From the NCBI RefSeq assembly GCF_018350175.1, contig NC_058368.1, forward strand, positions 80,416,001 through 80,480,000: DNA of 64,000 nt. Direction: 5' to 3'. Source of the DNA: Felis catus (lineage: Eukaryota). The position numbers were made by a program, and so were the translations under genes. Shown here piece after piece: positions 25,871-39,283 of the stretch; within the stretch, counting starts at the first letter, position 1, and each line of letters opens with the position of its first letter. Under the pieces are notes generated by a model. It saw only the letters and a program-made list of their open reading frames with translations, did no database searches and was not told where the DNA came from.

Positions 25871-26984
25871 GAAAGCCAGGCTCCTGGTGAGCCTTTAGGA
25901 AAAGTGATGGGCAACACAGACACCCGGATTTTGGAGGTAGACAGCAGACAAAGGAGACGGAAATGACCGTAAAAATTGTTTGCACAACTTCTGTTAATCA
26001 ACTTTAAAGTATGGATGAAATCTGTGACTTTGTAGAAACATTCACCCACAAGGTGCGAGTGGCCTGAACAGGCCGATGGCCTCTGAGTCCTACAGCGAGA
26101 ACAGCCAAGACTCGCCCCTAAAAAAAGATGCAAAGTTGCCAGAGCCAGACAGCTTTTCAAGTGATTTTACCAAATATCCAGGGAACACGTAATCCCTATT
26201 TACACAGACTGTTCTAGAACAGAGACAAATAGAGACAAACGACCCGTTGTTTCATAAAACCTTCACGAGGGCCCTAATAATGATGCTCCCCCCCCCCCCA
26301 TGCTCCCAGTTACAGACATTCCTTCTGGATGAGCGCAGATGTGAGCACACCAAGCAAAAATACTGGCAGCTGAGCTCGGCAGCATACTAGAAACATAAGC
26401 TGTGGTCAAGCTGGGCTTATCCCAAGAATATGGGGATGCTTCGTCATTAAGAGATCTGTGGACACGAGTCATTACACCCCGCATACCAAAGGAGAAAAAT
26501 CACGTGATTTTATCATTACGGGACCAAAAGGCGCTTGATAAAATCCAGCCCATTTCCTAACCAGAAACTCGATGCAAACAGAAATTGGAGAGAGCTTTAA
26601 AAAATAGAACGATGGCTATTTTCCAGAAACCAACAACAGATATGATCTTAAGCGATGAAATACTGAAGGCATTAAGGACAGAAACAATTTAGAAATGCCA
26701 TTGTGTAACATTGCCTCAGACAGTTCAATCAAAGCAATAAAGGAAGCAAACCGAGTATGTAGATTCTGCCCAAGAAAAGCCAAAAAAAAAGTTTTACTTT
26801 TTTTTTAAGTGGCTAAAATTTAACACTGTTTTTTCCAGCTTTGTTGAGGTATAACTAGTACATAAAAATGCACACAATTAACGTGTCTACAATCTGGTGA
26901 GTCTGGACATATGTATACACTCATGTTACCCTCACCACAATCAAAGTGACAAACATATTCATTCTCTCAAAAAATTTCCTTGTG

Positions 26985-27190
26985 GGGGCGCCTGGGTGGC
27001 GCAGTCGGTTAAGCGTCCGACTTCAGCCAGGTCACGATCTCACGGTCCGTGAGTTCGAGCCCCGCGTCTGGCTCTGGGCTGACGGCTCGGAGCCTGGAGC
27101 CTGTTTCCGATTCTGTGTCTCCCTCTCTCTCTGCCCCTCGCCCGTTCATGCTCTGTCTCTCTCTGTCCCAAAAATAAATAAACGTTGAAA
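26985..27190 (+). mobile_element. Young SINEC_Fc
   Basis: Perfect 16-bp TSD aaaaaatttccttgtg (26969-26984 and 27191-27206); CpG-rich. Confidence 0.97.
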
Positions 27191-27262
27191 AAAAAATTTC
27201 CTTGTGTATCTTCTTTGCTTCTTGTTTTGGTCATAACACTTAACCTGAAAGCTACCTTCGTA

Positions 27263-27356
27263 ACCAATTTCTAGGACCACAGTATCTTCTCGCTAGCTAT
27301 AGGTACCGTACCAATTTCTAGGACCACAGTATCTTCTCGCTAGCTATAGGTACCGT
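27263..27356. repeat. Perfect 47-bp tandem duplication
   Basis: accaatttctaggaccacagtatcttctcgctagctataggtaccgt occurs at 27263-27309 and 27310-27356. Confidence 0.97.
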
Positions 27357-27662
27357 AAAACAGCAGGTCTCTACTCTGTACTCTTGGAACCACTACCCCC
27401 CACCTTGCCCTTCCCCTGCCCCCTACTAACCAGCCTTCTGGTGTCTACACCTGTACATCCGACTATTCTAGATGCCTCACGTGAGAGGAACAAGCAGTAT
27501 TTGTTCTAGACGCCTTCTGTGTCTGGGTTATTTCCCTTAGGTAGCACCTTCCAGGTCCAGCCACATTGTTGCCAGTGGTAGGACCCTCCCCCCCGCCCCG
27601 CCCACCGCCTCTTCTGCCAGGCTGAATAATATTCCAGTGCACATACATTCCACATTTTCTTT

Positions 27663-27874
27663 TTTTTTTCAACGTTTTTTATTTATTTTTGGGACAGAGA
27701 GAGACAGAGCATGAATGGGGGAGGGGCAGAGAGAGAGGGAGACACAGAATCGGAAACAGGCTCCAGGCTCCGAGCCGTCAGCCCAGAGCCTGATGCGGGG
27801 CTCGAACTCACGGACCGTGAGATCGTGACCTGGCTGAAGTCGGACGCTTAACCGACTGCGCCACCCAGGCGCCC
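27663..27874 (-). mobile_element. Young SINEC_Fc
   Basis: TSD ccacattttcttt (27650-27662 and 27875-27887); CpG-rich. Confidence 0.97.
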
Positions 27875-28892
27875 CCACATTTTCTTTATCTGCTCATTTG
27901 TTGATGGACACTGGGGCTGCTTCCATATCCTGGCTATTGCAAACAGCACTGGGTCGAGCATGAGAGTGAAGTATGTCTTTGAGAGATCCTTATCTCATTT
28001 CCTTTGCATACATACCCACAAGTGGGATAGGTGGATCGCGAGGCAGGTCCACTTTTAATTTTCTGAGGAGCCTCCATCCACGCTGTTTTCCGTGGCGGCT
28101 GCACCAGTTTACAAGGGTTTCAATTTCTCCACGTCTTTGCCAATGCTTTTTTTTTTTTTTTTTTTTTTTTGGAAACATTAGTCATCCTAACAGTGTGAGG
28201 TGATATCTCATTGGAGTTTTGATTCGCATTTCTTGACGATTAATGGAAAACGTTAGGCATCTTTTCACCCACCTGTTGGAGACTTGTATGTCTTCTCTGG
28301 AGAAACGTCTATTCAGGTCCTTTGCCCATTTTTTAATTGGGTTATTTGGCTTTTTGTTATTAAGTTGTAGCAGCTCCTTATGTATTTTGGAAATTAACCT
28401 CTCATCAGATATATGGTTTGCAAATATTTTCCTCCCATTCTGTACGTTGCCTTCTCCCTTGGAGTCTCCTCTGTGGTGCAGCTTTTTAGATGTGCCTTCA
28501 CTTGTCCGTTTTTGCTTTGGGTGTCAGATCTCAGAAACCATCGCTGGAACATTAGGGAGCTTTTCCCCTTTTTTTCTTCTAGGAGTTTTATAGTTTTGGA
28601 TCTTACATTCAAGCCTTTAATCCATTTTGAGTGCAAATTTTTGTGCCCGGTGTAAGATAAGGTATGAGTAGAAAACTGAAAAGCCTCACCAAAAAAGTGT
28701 TAGGAGAACTCAGCAAGCTGACTGGATAGGAGTCAAATTTATACAATAAAAAATGCTCTTATATGGACATTGTTAGAAAATGAAATGGAGGGGAAAAATC
28801 ACATCATAATGGTAGAACAAATTGAGAAACATCCAGGAATGAGTATGGCACACATCTATGTCATGTGTGTATACAAAAAAACAGCATTACTT

Positions 28893-29097
28893 GGGGCGCC
28901 TGGGTGGCTCAGTCAGTTGTGTCCGACTTCGGCTTAGGGCATGATCTCACGGTCCGTGAGTTCGAACCCCGCATTGGGCTCTGTGCTGACAGCTCGGAGC
29001 CTGGAGCCTGCTTCATATTCCATGTCTCCCTCTCTCTCTGCCCCTCCCCCACTCACACTTTTTCCCTCTCTCAAAAGTAAATAAATATTTAAAAAAA
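28893..29097 (+). mobile_element. SINEC_Fc
   Basis: TSD-like aaaaaacagcattac / aaaaaatagcattac. Confidence 0.92.
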
Positions 29098-29416
29098 TAG
29101 CATTACCAAAGACCCAAATAAAACAGAACACAGTACCATGAAAATGCCAGTCCTTTTTAAATTAACACAGAAGTGCATTAATTCTAATGTTCAGCAGGAA
29201 GGGGTAGTAAGAACATCACAGAAAACAGTGGGGAACCGCCACAAACACAGTGGAACAAACAGAGAGAGGAACAGAACAGAGCCCAGAGGCTTCTCCAAGC
29301 ACACGCGGGAATTCACTAGATGAGCAGGTGGCTTCAAAACTGAAAAGAAGCCATTCATACAAACTGGGGGGAGTAGTACCTACACATTCAGGTATATTTA
29401 GAAGAAAATACAAGTT

Positions 29417-29576
29417 GGGGTGCCTGGGTGGTTCAGCTGGTTGAGCGTCCGACTCTCGCTTTTGGCTCAGGTCATGATCTCAGGGTTCATGAGTTCAAGC
29501 CCCGTGTCGGGCTCTGTGCTGACAGTGTGGAGCCTGCTTGGGATTCTCTCTCTCTCTCTGCCCTTCATCTCTTCGT

Positions 29577-29612
<36 letters not shown>

Positions 29613-29638
29613 TAACTAAACTTAAAAAAAAAAAGAAA
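29417..29638 (+). mobile_element. Can-SINE with a long (CT)n tract
   Basis: SINE head, (CT)n and A-tail. Confidence 0.9.
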
Positions 29639-29970
29639 GGATCATAAAAGAATTAAAAGGCTAACAGAATATTTTTGAAATTTTGTGGTTGGGAAAGCAA
29701 TTTTACAGAAGAGATTAAATTCAGAAACCATCAAGGAGGAGAACAGATTTGACAAAAATGTTCTGTGGGTTAACGACACTAGAACAAAATTTAAAAACAA
29801 GGGACAGAAAGGCAAAACGATGGGGCGTGCATTGACAAGGTCTGACCGTATACAAAAGGTTGTATCAATCGATAAAAACAGCAATCCAGCAGAAAAATGG
29901 ACAGAGCATACAAAGAAGTCACAGGAAAATAATTTAGATGACAAATAAGCATATAAAAGGTCATAACTGA

Positions 29971-30191
29971 GGGCTACCTGGGTGGCCCAGTCGGTTAAGC
30001 GTCTGACTTCGGCTCAGGTCGTGATCTCACAGTTCGTGAGTTCGAGCCCCACGTCGGGCTCCGTGCTGACGGCTCGGAGCCTGGAGCTGCTTCCAATTCT
30101 GTGTCTCCCTCTCTCTCTGCCCCTCCCCTGCTCATGCTCTCCCTCTCTCTGTCTCTCAAAAATAAATAAATGTTAAAAATTTTTTTTTAAA
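29971..30191 (+). mobile_element. SINEC_Fc
   Basis: Full structure; TSD-like ataaaag...aactga. Confidence 0.9.
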
Positions 30192-30511
30192 TAAAAGATT
30201 GTAACTGAAACGTCTCTGTGTTGAGATTGGCTTAAAATTATCGTCAAACCCTTGTTTAAATTATGTTGAGAATGTTTTGTCCCATAAAAAGATATTGAAA
30301 CTTTAGGAAATTGATTCTGAAAACTCGGTCGGAGGCACTTCATGCTGTGGGGCAGCCGCAGTCACTCACCCCTGATCCATGTTATCTCACTTGTCCTTTT
30401 TGGCCCAAGTCTGGCAGGCATTAACCACCATTCTTATTTTTTAAAGTTTGCATATCTTTATTCAATATGCAGATGGGTCAGCTGAGTTGTCCTATCTCTT
30501 TAAGGGTACAC

Positions 30512-30691
30512 TTTTTTTTTCATATGTTTATTTATTTATTTTGAGAGACAGAGGGATAGAGGCACGAACGGAGGAGGGGCAGAAAGAGAGAGAATCCCAA
30601 GCAGGCTCCTTGCTGACGTGGCACAGAGTCACAAACTGCGAGGCTGTGACCTGAGCCGAAATCAAGAGTCGGACTGAGCCACCCAGGCCCC
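30512..30691 (-). mobile_element. Can-SINE with internal deletions
   Basis: TSD agggtacac on both sides. Confidence 0.88.
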
Positions 30692-32804
30692 AGGGTACAC
30701 TCTTGATTTGGGGGGAAACACATGCTGTCATCTTTCACAAATAAAATAAGTTTCAGAGAAAACGCTCTGTTCTTTACGCACAGAAATTAGAAGCAGGGTT
30801 GGAGGAGTGGGCTGGAGACTTCCCGGGTGTCCCTGCACCAGATTGGATGGTCTGACCTACACTGCATTTTAAATTCTTTTTAAGTGTGTTTCTAGCTGTG
30901 CGCCCCATGGGCTGCCTCTCTCAAGGTGAGATGAATTATTCCCTTTCCAGTTTCAAAAATAGCCACTAATATTTTAAACATCATCGTTGTTGCTCTAAAA
31001 AGCCACACACAGTCAGGGGGCCACCTTAATTAAAACTGGTTTCCAGGACTGATATCTGCAGTAATTTGAATAGAATGATGAAATCAAAGGCAGGCCGGGC
31101 TGTGGTGGGCACGGGATGGGGGTTGTCAGAGAAGCCTCAGCTTCCCCGAGGCCTTCTGGGCAGAGCCGTGGCCAGAGGGACACTCCCCACTGGAGGGTCT
31201 CGTCCTTGACTCTACTCCTGGAAGCAAAGTCTCCTGGCTCCATCCGGCCCCAGACTTCCTATGAAATGCTAATTCTTCCGTCATCCTGTTCCGCTCTCTG
31301 TGTGCAGTTTTCGGTGTCTCTTTAAAAGAGATTGTTATAACTTGGCTGTATACACGTTTTTCATGAGACAGATGAGCCAACTGTGTCTGGGGAGGGATGA
31401 GGAATTTGCAGCCTCTTTTTCAGCCGTAAATATCTGCATTATGCCCATCAGCCCGTGTCACTCAGTTTCAACAAGAAACGCCAGGCAGGTGTGGGGCAGG
31501 ATGTGCCGCGTTCCCGGTATCTGAGAAAGGGAGATTCTGCTGTCACCCTCTCCGGGAACCCCACAGGCATAAACCTAAGCCTTCGCTCAAAACCGCCTTC
31601 TGCAGTCTGCACCAAAATTTCCTCCCCCACGCCTCTGTGCCCAACCCCTCCCCTGCACAAACACTTAAGTAAAAAATCCTGTCTCCTTTTGGAGACTGAG
31701 TTGGCCAGGCGTGTCCAGAGCCCTGCAGATATTCATAAACCATGACCCAATTACTTTACTTCCAGGATTCTATCTTAAGGAGGTGATACTGAATCTGGAG
31801 AAAGCCACACACTCGAAGATATAAATGCGTCATCGTTTAGGCAGCAAGATGGGATTATCCGCCCTCCTCTCCCTTCTGAGGGAGGGCACACACCCACCAG
31901 TCTACTACGGATATGGGTCACACCAAACAAGGAAGACGGTCGGTCCCCAACTAATGACGGTTCTACTGTGTGACGATGGACACCGATCCCCGTCCAGGAC
32001 AGGACGCGCCGGGTGTGGGATTTGGGTCTTGTGCTGGGCTGCTGAGCCGCGGTTCTGTCTTTCCTGCTGATGCCGGGCACGGAGTCTCGAGGACAAGAAG
32101 CCCCCGTCTCCCCGTACGACCAGGCTGTGTGTCACTCCTGGTACAGACTTCAGTACCTTCCACCAGACGCCCCACCAGACATGTGACTTCCACCAGACTG
32201 TCACATAGGCTCTGGGCTGGATGATCTGCCCGACTGCCGGCTGACGGCAGCATGCTGAGCACGCACAGGCCAGGCCACGCTCCGCTGTTCCGCAGGGCAG
32301 GCATGTGGAATGCATTTGCGACTTCCCGTTTTTCCCCACCAGGACGTAATGTCCACAAGAGACGGAACTGTCCCCAGTGCACTGACTCCATTTTACCGCA
32401 CGGGTCTTCCTCGGCTTAGGATGGGGTGACTTCCAGTGTTTTGTGACGACAAACAATATCGCCGTGGTCACTGCTGTTTGTACGTTTTGTGTGCACGGGG
32501 GACTCTTTCTGCCCAAAACTCCTCCCGCCAGGGGCCTGCGGTTGAAGGCTCCGAACACTTTAATTGGTAATAGATGCTGACACACTGTTCTCAAAGCAAC
32601 AGTCTGCAGCCCTCACCTGCCGGACAGCAGCCCCTTGCCACACCTTCAGTGCCGTGCGCCCAAACGTCTCAGCATGGATCTAACGGTTACACGCAACTCG
32701 TAACCACGTAAAGAGCACAGAACACTCCATACTTAGTTACGCTTTCCAGACACAATCATTCCTGCGTCTTACTTCCATAAACAACGATTTCTTTGTCTTC
32801 TATG

Positions 32805-33016
32805 ATTTTTTTAAGTGTTTATTTTTGAGAGAGAGAGACAGAGACAGAGCATGAGGAGAGGAGGGGCAGAGGGAGAGGGAGACACGGAATCCGAAGCAGG
32901 CTCCAGGCTCCGAGCTGTCGGCACAGAGCCCGATGCGGGGCTCAAACTCACAAACTGTGAGATCATGACCGGAGTCGAAGTCAGACGCTCAACCGGCTGA
33001 GCCACCCAGGCGCCCC
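32805..33016 (-). mobile_element. SINEC_Fc
   Basis: Near-consensus body. Confidence 0.93.
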
Positions 33017-33859
33017 GAAACACACATCTATTTTAAGTCACTCTGATTTGGTGGTTTTAGGTTATACACACCCCAATCTAATCCCATGTGATATACTGCC
33101 ATTATAACCTCAAACAGTGTGCTTGAGATTCTGTTGTTCTCTGCTCGGCTCCTCCTTCCCAAGGGGATACTGTTGGCTTCCCGTCAAGCACCCGCGCCCC
33201 TCCCCATCACGCCCACGTGCCATTCTCTTTACAGCTACAGCTGGGCAGTCGATGCCTTGCCCACAAGCTGAGTCCAAAGACACATGGACACCAACGCATC
33301 GCTACGAACTTTGTTTTTCGAGTAGTGTCTGGAGAGCAAGCATCCTTAGCCCCACACCAGGTAAGAAAGTCAGTGCTTCTTTCCACTGTACCCCACACCC
33401 ATCACCCGTTACGAGATAACCTGAGACTCTGGTCCCACAGTCAGATACTGATGTGTTGTATTGATACAAACAACAGCTATATGGACCACGTTAAACATTC
33501 CTTGTTTCCTCACTCATACTGTTGCTATCATGGATTCTTTGGGGGGTAAGGGATCTGGCTGAAGTTAGGGTGACCGATTCACCCTGGTTTGGGATTGTCT
33601 TTGCTTTAGCATTAGAAGTCCTGTTAGCTTGGTTGGTAAACAGGGTTCTAGGTTCAACACCACTTTCCTTTCAAACCTTTGGAGTCATTTTTCATTAGTG
33701 GGAACGTCCATTACCCTATGGACAGGCGTGCCTGGCTGCCCCCCACGTGACAGGGTCCCCAGGGCAGGTTCCTACACCTCACTCTCCTCGACCTGAGGGC
33801 CAGGTCCATAGCCACCTGGGGCACATCCTGCAAATGTTAGCAGTTTTTACAGAACCCAC

Positions 33860-34360
33860 CTGATTTTTTGGAATAGTCTTACATTACAGGAAACTTGCAA
33901 AGATACTACAGACCCCATATGACACCTCTATTATTAACATCTTGTATTAGTGTGGTACGTCTGTTAGAATTAAGAAACCAACACTGACACAGAGTATAAT
34001 GAAGTTCTCTACTTTATTCAAGATTTCCTTAGTTTTTTTTAAAGTTTATTTACTTGAGAGAGAGGGAGCGTGCATGAGCAGGGGAGGGGGAGAGAGAGAG
34101 AGAGAGAGAGGATCCCAAGCAGGCTCTGTGCCACCAGCACAGAGTTCCAGCTGGGGCTCGAACACACAGACCGTGAGATCATGACCTGAGTCATAATCCA
34201 GAGTGAGATGCTTAACTGACTGAGCCACTGAGACGCCCCCAGATTTCCTTAACTTTCAGCGAATGCCCTTTTTCTGTTCCTGGGTCCCGCGTTACGTTAC
34301 TTGTGTCCCCTTATGCTCCTGGCTGAGAGTTTCCCAGACTTTGCTCTGACCACGTCGACA
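33860..34360 (-). mobile_element. Old L1 (L1MC-like) 3' end, interrupted by a SINE
   Basis: acaggaaacttgcaaagatactacag...ctattattaacatcttgtattagtgtggtac...aagaaaccaacactgacac resembles L1MC 3' ends. Confidence 0.65.
34033..34240 (-). mobile_element. Can-SINE
   Basis: TSD agatttcctta. Confidence 0.92.
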
Positions 34361-37300
34361 ACCCTATGCCCACTGTGCACCTGCTGGCATGCCCTCCCGT
34401 TCGGCCAGTGAGGTCACGACTCTTGTGTCAATGAAACCGAAACCGCAGAGGTGAGTGAACACCGGGAGGTCTCTGAGCAAGCACGACTCACCGAGGTAAA
34501 TTCTAGGTAAACAAACAAACAAACCTGTTTTGCCTGGTCGGGACAAAATACCGCCCTGCCCCGTGCTTGTCCACGTCTACATCCGGCCCCTCTGCCTGTC
34601 GCACGGAGTACCGGCTGTCAGCCGCTGGGGCTGAACCCTTCGCACTTTAAAACCGTCGTCTGGTGCCGCTCGTATGGTTCTGTCTTCTCCCTCTTCCCGC
34701 TGCTCTTGTCTGGAGCGTCAGGTGTGATGGTGTGACCTCCCCGTCCCCGTGGACCCCAGAGAGCAGCGCCCAGGAGACGTCAGGTTCAGGGTCCCGTCCG
34801 CGGCCACAGAAGCCGTCACGCATCAGAGAGGCGTCGGGGCTCTCATCGACCGCGACCGCGCGTGGCAGATGTCACCTCGACAAATCCGCGTCTTGCTTCA
34901 AAGCCTCTATTCCGTCTGGAACTAAGAGTGGCTTGTTGTAGTCTGACAGGCTGGGAGGCTGGGGGGATTTCATGTTTCTGGAAGGCGGGCCTCCAGCGCA
35001 GGCGGGAGCGACCCCGCAGGGTCTGTCGGAAGAAATCACTGGACAGGACGGTCACCAGGTGGGAGCTGTCGGCTAGATTAGCAGTCAGCACCCGTCCCCA
35101 AGGCTCCGGTCAGGTGTCCCCCTGCCAGCCTGGCCCGGGGCCTGTCTCCCCTCCACGAGCCAGGAGCCACCTCGGCCCCCTTGGTCACAGGATCTCGCCA
35201 CCGCTACTCCCCGGGAGGCCCACGGGTGGCGTAGAGGGCAGTGGGCCCCGTGAGTGGCCTGCACACGGTCTGCTCTCCCCGTTAAGCCCCTTGAGAGCAC
35301 GTCGAACGCTGCATTTTAATCCTGCTTCCCTGCCTGCTGGCACAGGCCCCTGCCGCCGGGACAGGACTGGTCTCTTCCACACTTCCCTCCTCCTTCCCTT
35401 CTGGAGACAATTTCAAATCTACTCAAACGAGGCAAGGGTCACTGTTGGGCACTGAAACTTAATGTGCTATTTGGTGTCACGGCCCGTGTTGTTTCGCCCA
35501 CAAAACTGGCTTAGATTATTGTGAACGGTAGGACTGTCAGAAGAGCCTCGGCGGCAAGCGGCGGAAACGAGGGATCTTGCAGCAGAGGGAGCAGGACCGG
35601 CTGCCGGTGCATCCCAGCTGCCCCTCTGGTGGCGTTTCTACAAACACGTTGATCAAATTCCCTGGTGGTGGCGCCGTGGCGGTCACAGGTGGTAGGGAGC
35701 GAGACCCATCATTTTCTGAGTTGCGGGGACCGTGCTGCTCAGGGAGCGGGGAGAGGCCGAGCTGTTCCGACCTCACCTTCCTTACCTTGTCCTGAAAACG
35801 GGTTTCACCTGAATGTATTTGTTTCAGCTGTGCCCCCCAAACAGCAGGGGCAGGGGAGAAGTCCATGTCTCGGTGGCCCCCTCCCCTGTCCCTGACTCTC
35901 ACGAAGGTGGTGTCCCACTCCTGTCCCCGCGGCTCCGTGCTCCTGCCACACCCACACTCGTGCCCACAGACAACACATGATCGTCGTGTTCTGAGGCTGG
36001 GATACCCGGACTCGTAGCGTGCACGCCACTCTGCGGCACGGGCCCCTCACATGATTTCACATTAGACGCCACCCCCCTGCTGCTCCGTGAGGACCCTCGG
36101 GGGCTCCCAGCTGCACTCTGGCACAGTCTTTCAGGCCCGCACACTCGTTCGTGCAGCCTGCCCCGACAGCTGGGAGTTCATCTCGTGTCTGCTGGTACGC
36201 AGCGTCCGAGATGCCCGGGGACCCGAGTCCTTCTGTTCACACCCTTCCCCTTCGGGGTGGGCTCCACGTACCGACTTGCTTCCGAGTCTGGCAAACAGTC
36301 TCCCACACCCTCCTTTACCCACCTGGGGGGAAGGCGGCTGCTGTGACGTGAGAGGCCCACGTGGCAGGGACGCAGTTAGGCCACACGGCGCGCGGCCGAG
36401 GGGGAGCCGGAGCACCCTGACCGTGAGGGCGCCAGGAGGTGGAGCCCGGATGCTCCGTGTGGTTCCCACGTGGCCGCGCCGCCCTGGTGCCTGTTGCTCC
36501 AAGGCTCGGAGCTTCGGGACCGCGTGTTACACAGCAGCAGGCGACTGACACCACGCACGGTGAGAACCCAGGGACGTCCCAGAGCACCGTCAGATACGGG
36601 TTTCCATGTCGTCTTTACCGCAACTGTCAAGGAGTGGCGTGCGAACATCCTGCGTTAGAAACACGGCCGGTCAGGCATTAAGACTCTGCCGTGACTCTCA
36701 TACCAGGAATTTTTCATCTGCGCAAGATTACCGTAACCCTGCCTGCATTCTCAGTGCCCCTCGCTGTTTCATTTCGTGAGCGCCTGCCAGTCCTGAGCGC
36801 CGCACTCTGGTTAGACGGTGACTCCTGCTCTCTGCAGTGGCCGGGCTCCAGAGCTGCAAACCCTGCGTCAGCACGTGCTGACCCGCTGCTCTAGGGGGGT
36901 GGGGGGGGGGCGGGGCACGGGGGATGGAGTCAGGGCCCTGGGAGCGTCTGGTCCCAACATCTTCCCCAACCATCAACTCGTAACCTTGTTTCATGTGTGT
37001 CTCTGTTTAAAGACACCCCGCTTGCCACACGTTATTGGCGCGTTACCGCTGACCCCACAGACACCAGCAGGGCACCCCACGCCTGAAGGAAGCATTTTCT
37101 CTGCAAGGCGCAGCTCAGCCTCCCTGCACAAGGGGTGCTCGGCCCGACCCCTGTGGCCACTTCACAGTGAAAAAGCAGCCAAAAGCACAGACATGTGAAA
37201 ACCGTGGCACAAAACGCACTGGGAAGAGGACCCCCGACCCCCCCCCCCCCGCCCCGCAGAGTCTGAGCGCTGGGACACGGGGCACAGAACACGGTCTCAC

Positions 37301-39199
37301 GGTCTCTGCTGGCGCCGTGGGTGCTACGATGGGACTGGACGAAAGATCTGCACGGAGCCCCGAGGGCTGATTTGGGGTCTGGACACACTTCAGCAAGTAG
37401 GTGATTTCCCAAGTTGGGAGTCTGCAAACATGAGGGCTGGCTACACAGACACCTGCCTGAGTCTGGGTCCCACGATAAGGTGGTGCCTCGATCGGCCGCT
37501 TCCCGGCTTGCCCCAACGGCACGTGTCCTCTTTCTGGCCCGTGGTCCAGACAGGGCACCGCACCAGCCCAGGCCCACCCTTCCACACCGTGGGGATAACC
37601 AACCGGACCCCAAGCATCTCCCCTGCACGGCGGGCACGGCCTGAGCTTTGCCTGTGCGGGCACTGGGGGAACATGGTGGGGAGGGTGGGGAGGGGGGCTC
37701 TCCCTGGCTGGGTGTGCATTTTTGCACATTCCAGCACCTGCCACACACCCCCGGTAGCGTGTGTGCGGAGGCTGTGGACGCGTGCAGGGGCGTCGTGCCC
37801 CACGTCAGTCCTCAGTGACACTGCTGCCTCGGCCAAGGCCTGGTGACCACCTTGCCACGACCCTCCTGGGGGCTGCGACCCCCTGGGGACCCCGCCAGCC
37901 TTGGCCGGCCCTCGTTGGGCCCGGACCCGTCGTCACCCGGGGGGCTGTGACCATAGCTCCTGCCCACGAGGCCCGAACTGCAAAGCACCCCTTTGCGAAC
38001 ACCTGCGGCCTGGGTCTCCTCCCTCAGCCCCGCGGGGCCCTGTCACAGCTCCCTTCCCGTCCCTGTAATTACCCTCCTGTCCTAGTTCAGGGATTTTCAG
38101 AGCAAGCGTTGCTCTAAGTCTCTGTCCCTCCTGATCACCTGGGCGGCCTCTTTACCCCTTTCGACTCGGGGTGCTTCCCGATTTCCCATCTCAGTCTCCC
38201 TTCTGAATCACCCCCAGAATCTTGAATCCCTAACTTCAGAATTACCTGACAGAGAGGTTATACAAAGTCTGTTTCAGGACGGTTTCTAAGACCTAACCAA
38301 ATCTTAGTTTCCCACCCTACGAAACCCCTGAACAAAGCCGCAGAGGCCTGCGTCACCGGTGACAGAGAAAAATAAGACGCTGTAAACATCCCACTGACCC
38401 GGGTCAGGTTCACTGGTCTGAGTTGTTTCTCAGCAGTGACCTCGGGGCCTCGTAGAGAGGAGGTCCGGCCAACACACCCCAGTAAGTCTTCACGTCTGTT
38501 CCCAACGTCTCCTAACTCATCCCAGCTCCCTCTCTGCACGCCCCCTGCCCTCACCGCCCTGGGCCCCGCCGGCTGTCCTCCTGAAGGCAGAGCTGCCAGT
38601 GAAGACCGTGGCCTCTGGACCCTTCTGTCCCCTCAGCGCCCACACCGCGGCCTCCCTCCCACCACACGCCCTGTCCGTCTGACCCTTCGTGACTCGGTCA
38701 CAGCTCGGATGGTGTCACCGTCTGCCCAGATTCTCATCGCGGACCAAGTCTAACGCGAGCTCTCCCCCTGCCCGGTGTCACTCGGGCTCGTGGTCACCGA
38801 GTGGGGGAAACCAGGCCCGTGGAGCCGCACCACGTGTCTGGACACCCCCTGGCCCTCCTGCTCCCCCACACAGCCCCCCAGGGTGAAGGTCCCCACCCGC
38901 CTCCCGTCCTCACTCACAGAGCCCATCTGGAAGCGTCCCCTCCTTCCTGTCTTCCCATCTGCAGACTCTCCAGGAGGCACGGCCCCTTCTTCCTATGGAC
39001 TCCTTCTTGGTTCTCCATTGCAGGAGAACTCTTCAGAAATTTCCTAGTTTCCGTCTCCAATTAATCTACTCCCATTCTCTGCCTCCTCATTATGAAAACA
39101 TTAGATCTACAGACAAGCTAAAGAATGCCCAGGCACACCTGTCTAGATTCCCAGTATCTATCATTTAGTCCCTGAGGTCTCACTGCCCCACACATCAGG

Positions 39200-39283
39200 G
39201 CATCGTACACCCAACACGGGGCTCGAACTCATGACCGCGAGATCCGGTCAGAAGCTCTACCGACCGAGCCAGCCAGGTGCCCC
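39200..39283 (-). mobile_element. Partial Can-SINE (5' part)
   Basis: ggggctcgaactcatgaccgcgagatc...ccgagccagccaggtgcccc. Confidence 0.75.

Larger units (their letters stand above)
25200..26760 (+). mobile_element. Old L1 ORF2 relic, continuing at ~28665-29960 after nested insertions
   Basis: Degenerate ORF2 motifs (accaaaagctggttgtttaaaaaa; aaaggagaaaaatcacgtgattttatc...gcgcttgataaaatccagcccatttc; aatccagcagaaaaatggacag). Confidence 0.7.
26828..28660 (-). mobile_element. L1 (L1MA/MB-type) 3' end inserted antisense into the older L1; carries two young SINEs
   Basis: ttttttccagctttgttgaggtataact 3' terminus; catcctaacagtgtgaggtgatatctcatt; ORF2-like peptide SKWIKGLNVRSKTIKLLEEK. Confidence 0.85.

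Noticed and set aside
33567..33640. Possible MER94 (hAT-Blackjack) fragment
   Set aside because: Too short and diverged to call confidently.
34862..38117. ORFs of 150-238 aa in the CpG-rich block
   Set aside because: Same compositional artefact; no homology recognised.
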